A stretch of 62,960 bases of DNA, filler included, from Bigelowiella natans CCMP2755 (Eukaryota > Protista > Cercozoa), in assembly GCA_000320545.1 (NCBI GenBank). It is 7 parts of 7 records of this genome, joined end to end, with 100 filler letters (N's around TTAATTAATTAA, not from the genome) between each part and the next. Parts side by side here need not be neighbours in the genome. Positions count along the whole stretch, not along the records: positions 58,806 to 62,960 come from ADNK01003561.1; 6 more parts are not named here. The stretch is one strand, 5' to 3'. The notes beneath the pieces are model-generated. The model was not told the DNA's origin and searched no databases. It was given only the letters and a program-made list of their open reading frames with translations. The position numbers and the translations under genes were made by a program. Below, in pieces: positions 62,949-62,960 of this stretch; the first letter of the stretch is position 1; each line of letters starts with the position of its first letter.

Positions 62949-62960
62949 GTTACTAAGAGG

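Noticed and set aside
60328-62960. TPP riboswitch in tenA/thiM introns or UTRs
   Set aside because: No CUGAGA/ACCUGAU core seen by eye; an Infernal search with the Rfam TPP model would be decisive.

Overview
Eukaryotic (protist-like, flagellate, since IFT172 is present) genomic DNA with microsatellite-rich introns. It is stitched from seven contigs by an artificial N44-TTAATTAATTAA-N44 linker, so adjacency across gaps is not evidence of linkage. Host genes recognisable by splicing exons by eye: a protein kinase, a CBM32/MGAT4-C-like lectin-domain gene, a voltage-gated channel fragment, IFT172, CCA-adding enzyme, a DUF707 glycosyltransferase-like gene, an HMG/CSD/vWA/alpha-kinase, an RRP6-like exonuclease, an NHL-repeat protein, and a divergent TenA / 5S rRNA / ThiM thiamine-salvage locus. 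Accessory DNA: (1) a full-length Ty1/copia element (14251-21350) plus a second near-identical 3' copy (58806-60033). Its 358-bp LTRs carry long perfect heat-shock-element arrays, have TG...AA ends, and use a half-tRNA-Met PBS. (2) The right part of an integrated virophage (23319-~30520) with the MCP C-terminus, a Tlr6F/DUF5754-like gene, RNR small subunit, rve integrase and a membrane-anchored Kelch propeller with hypervariable loops. (3) Patches almost free of TpA, including a LINE relic whose expected conserved Tyr codons read as Cys. This suggests a RIP-like, adenine-directed (TpA->TpG/CpA) hypermutation process. All identifications rest on motif recognition only; no searches were run.
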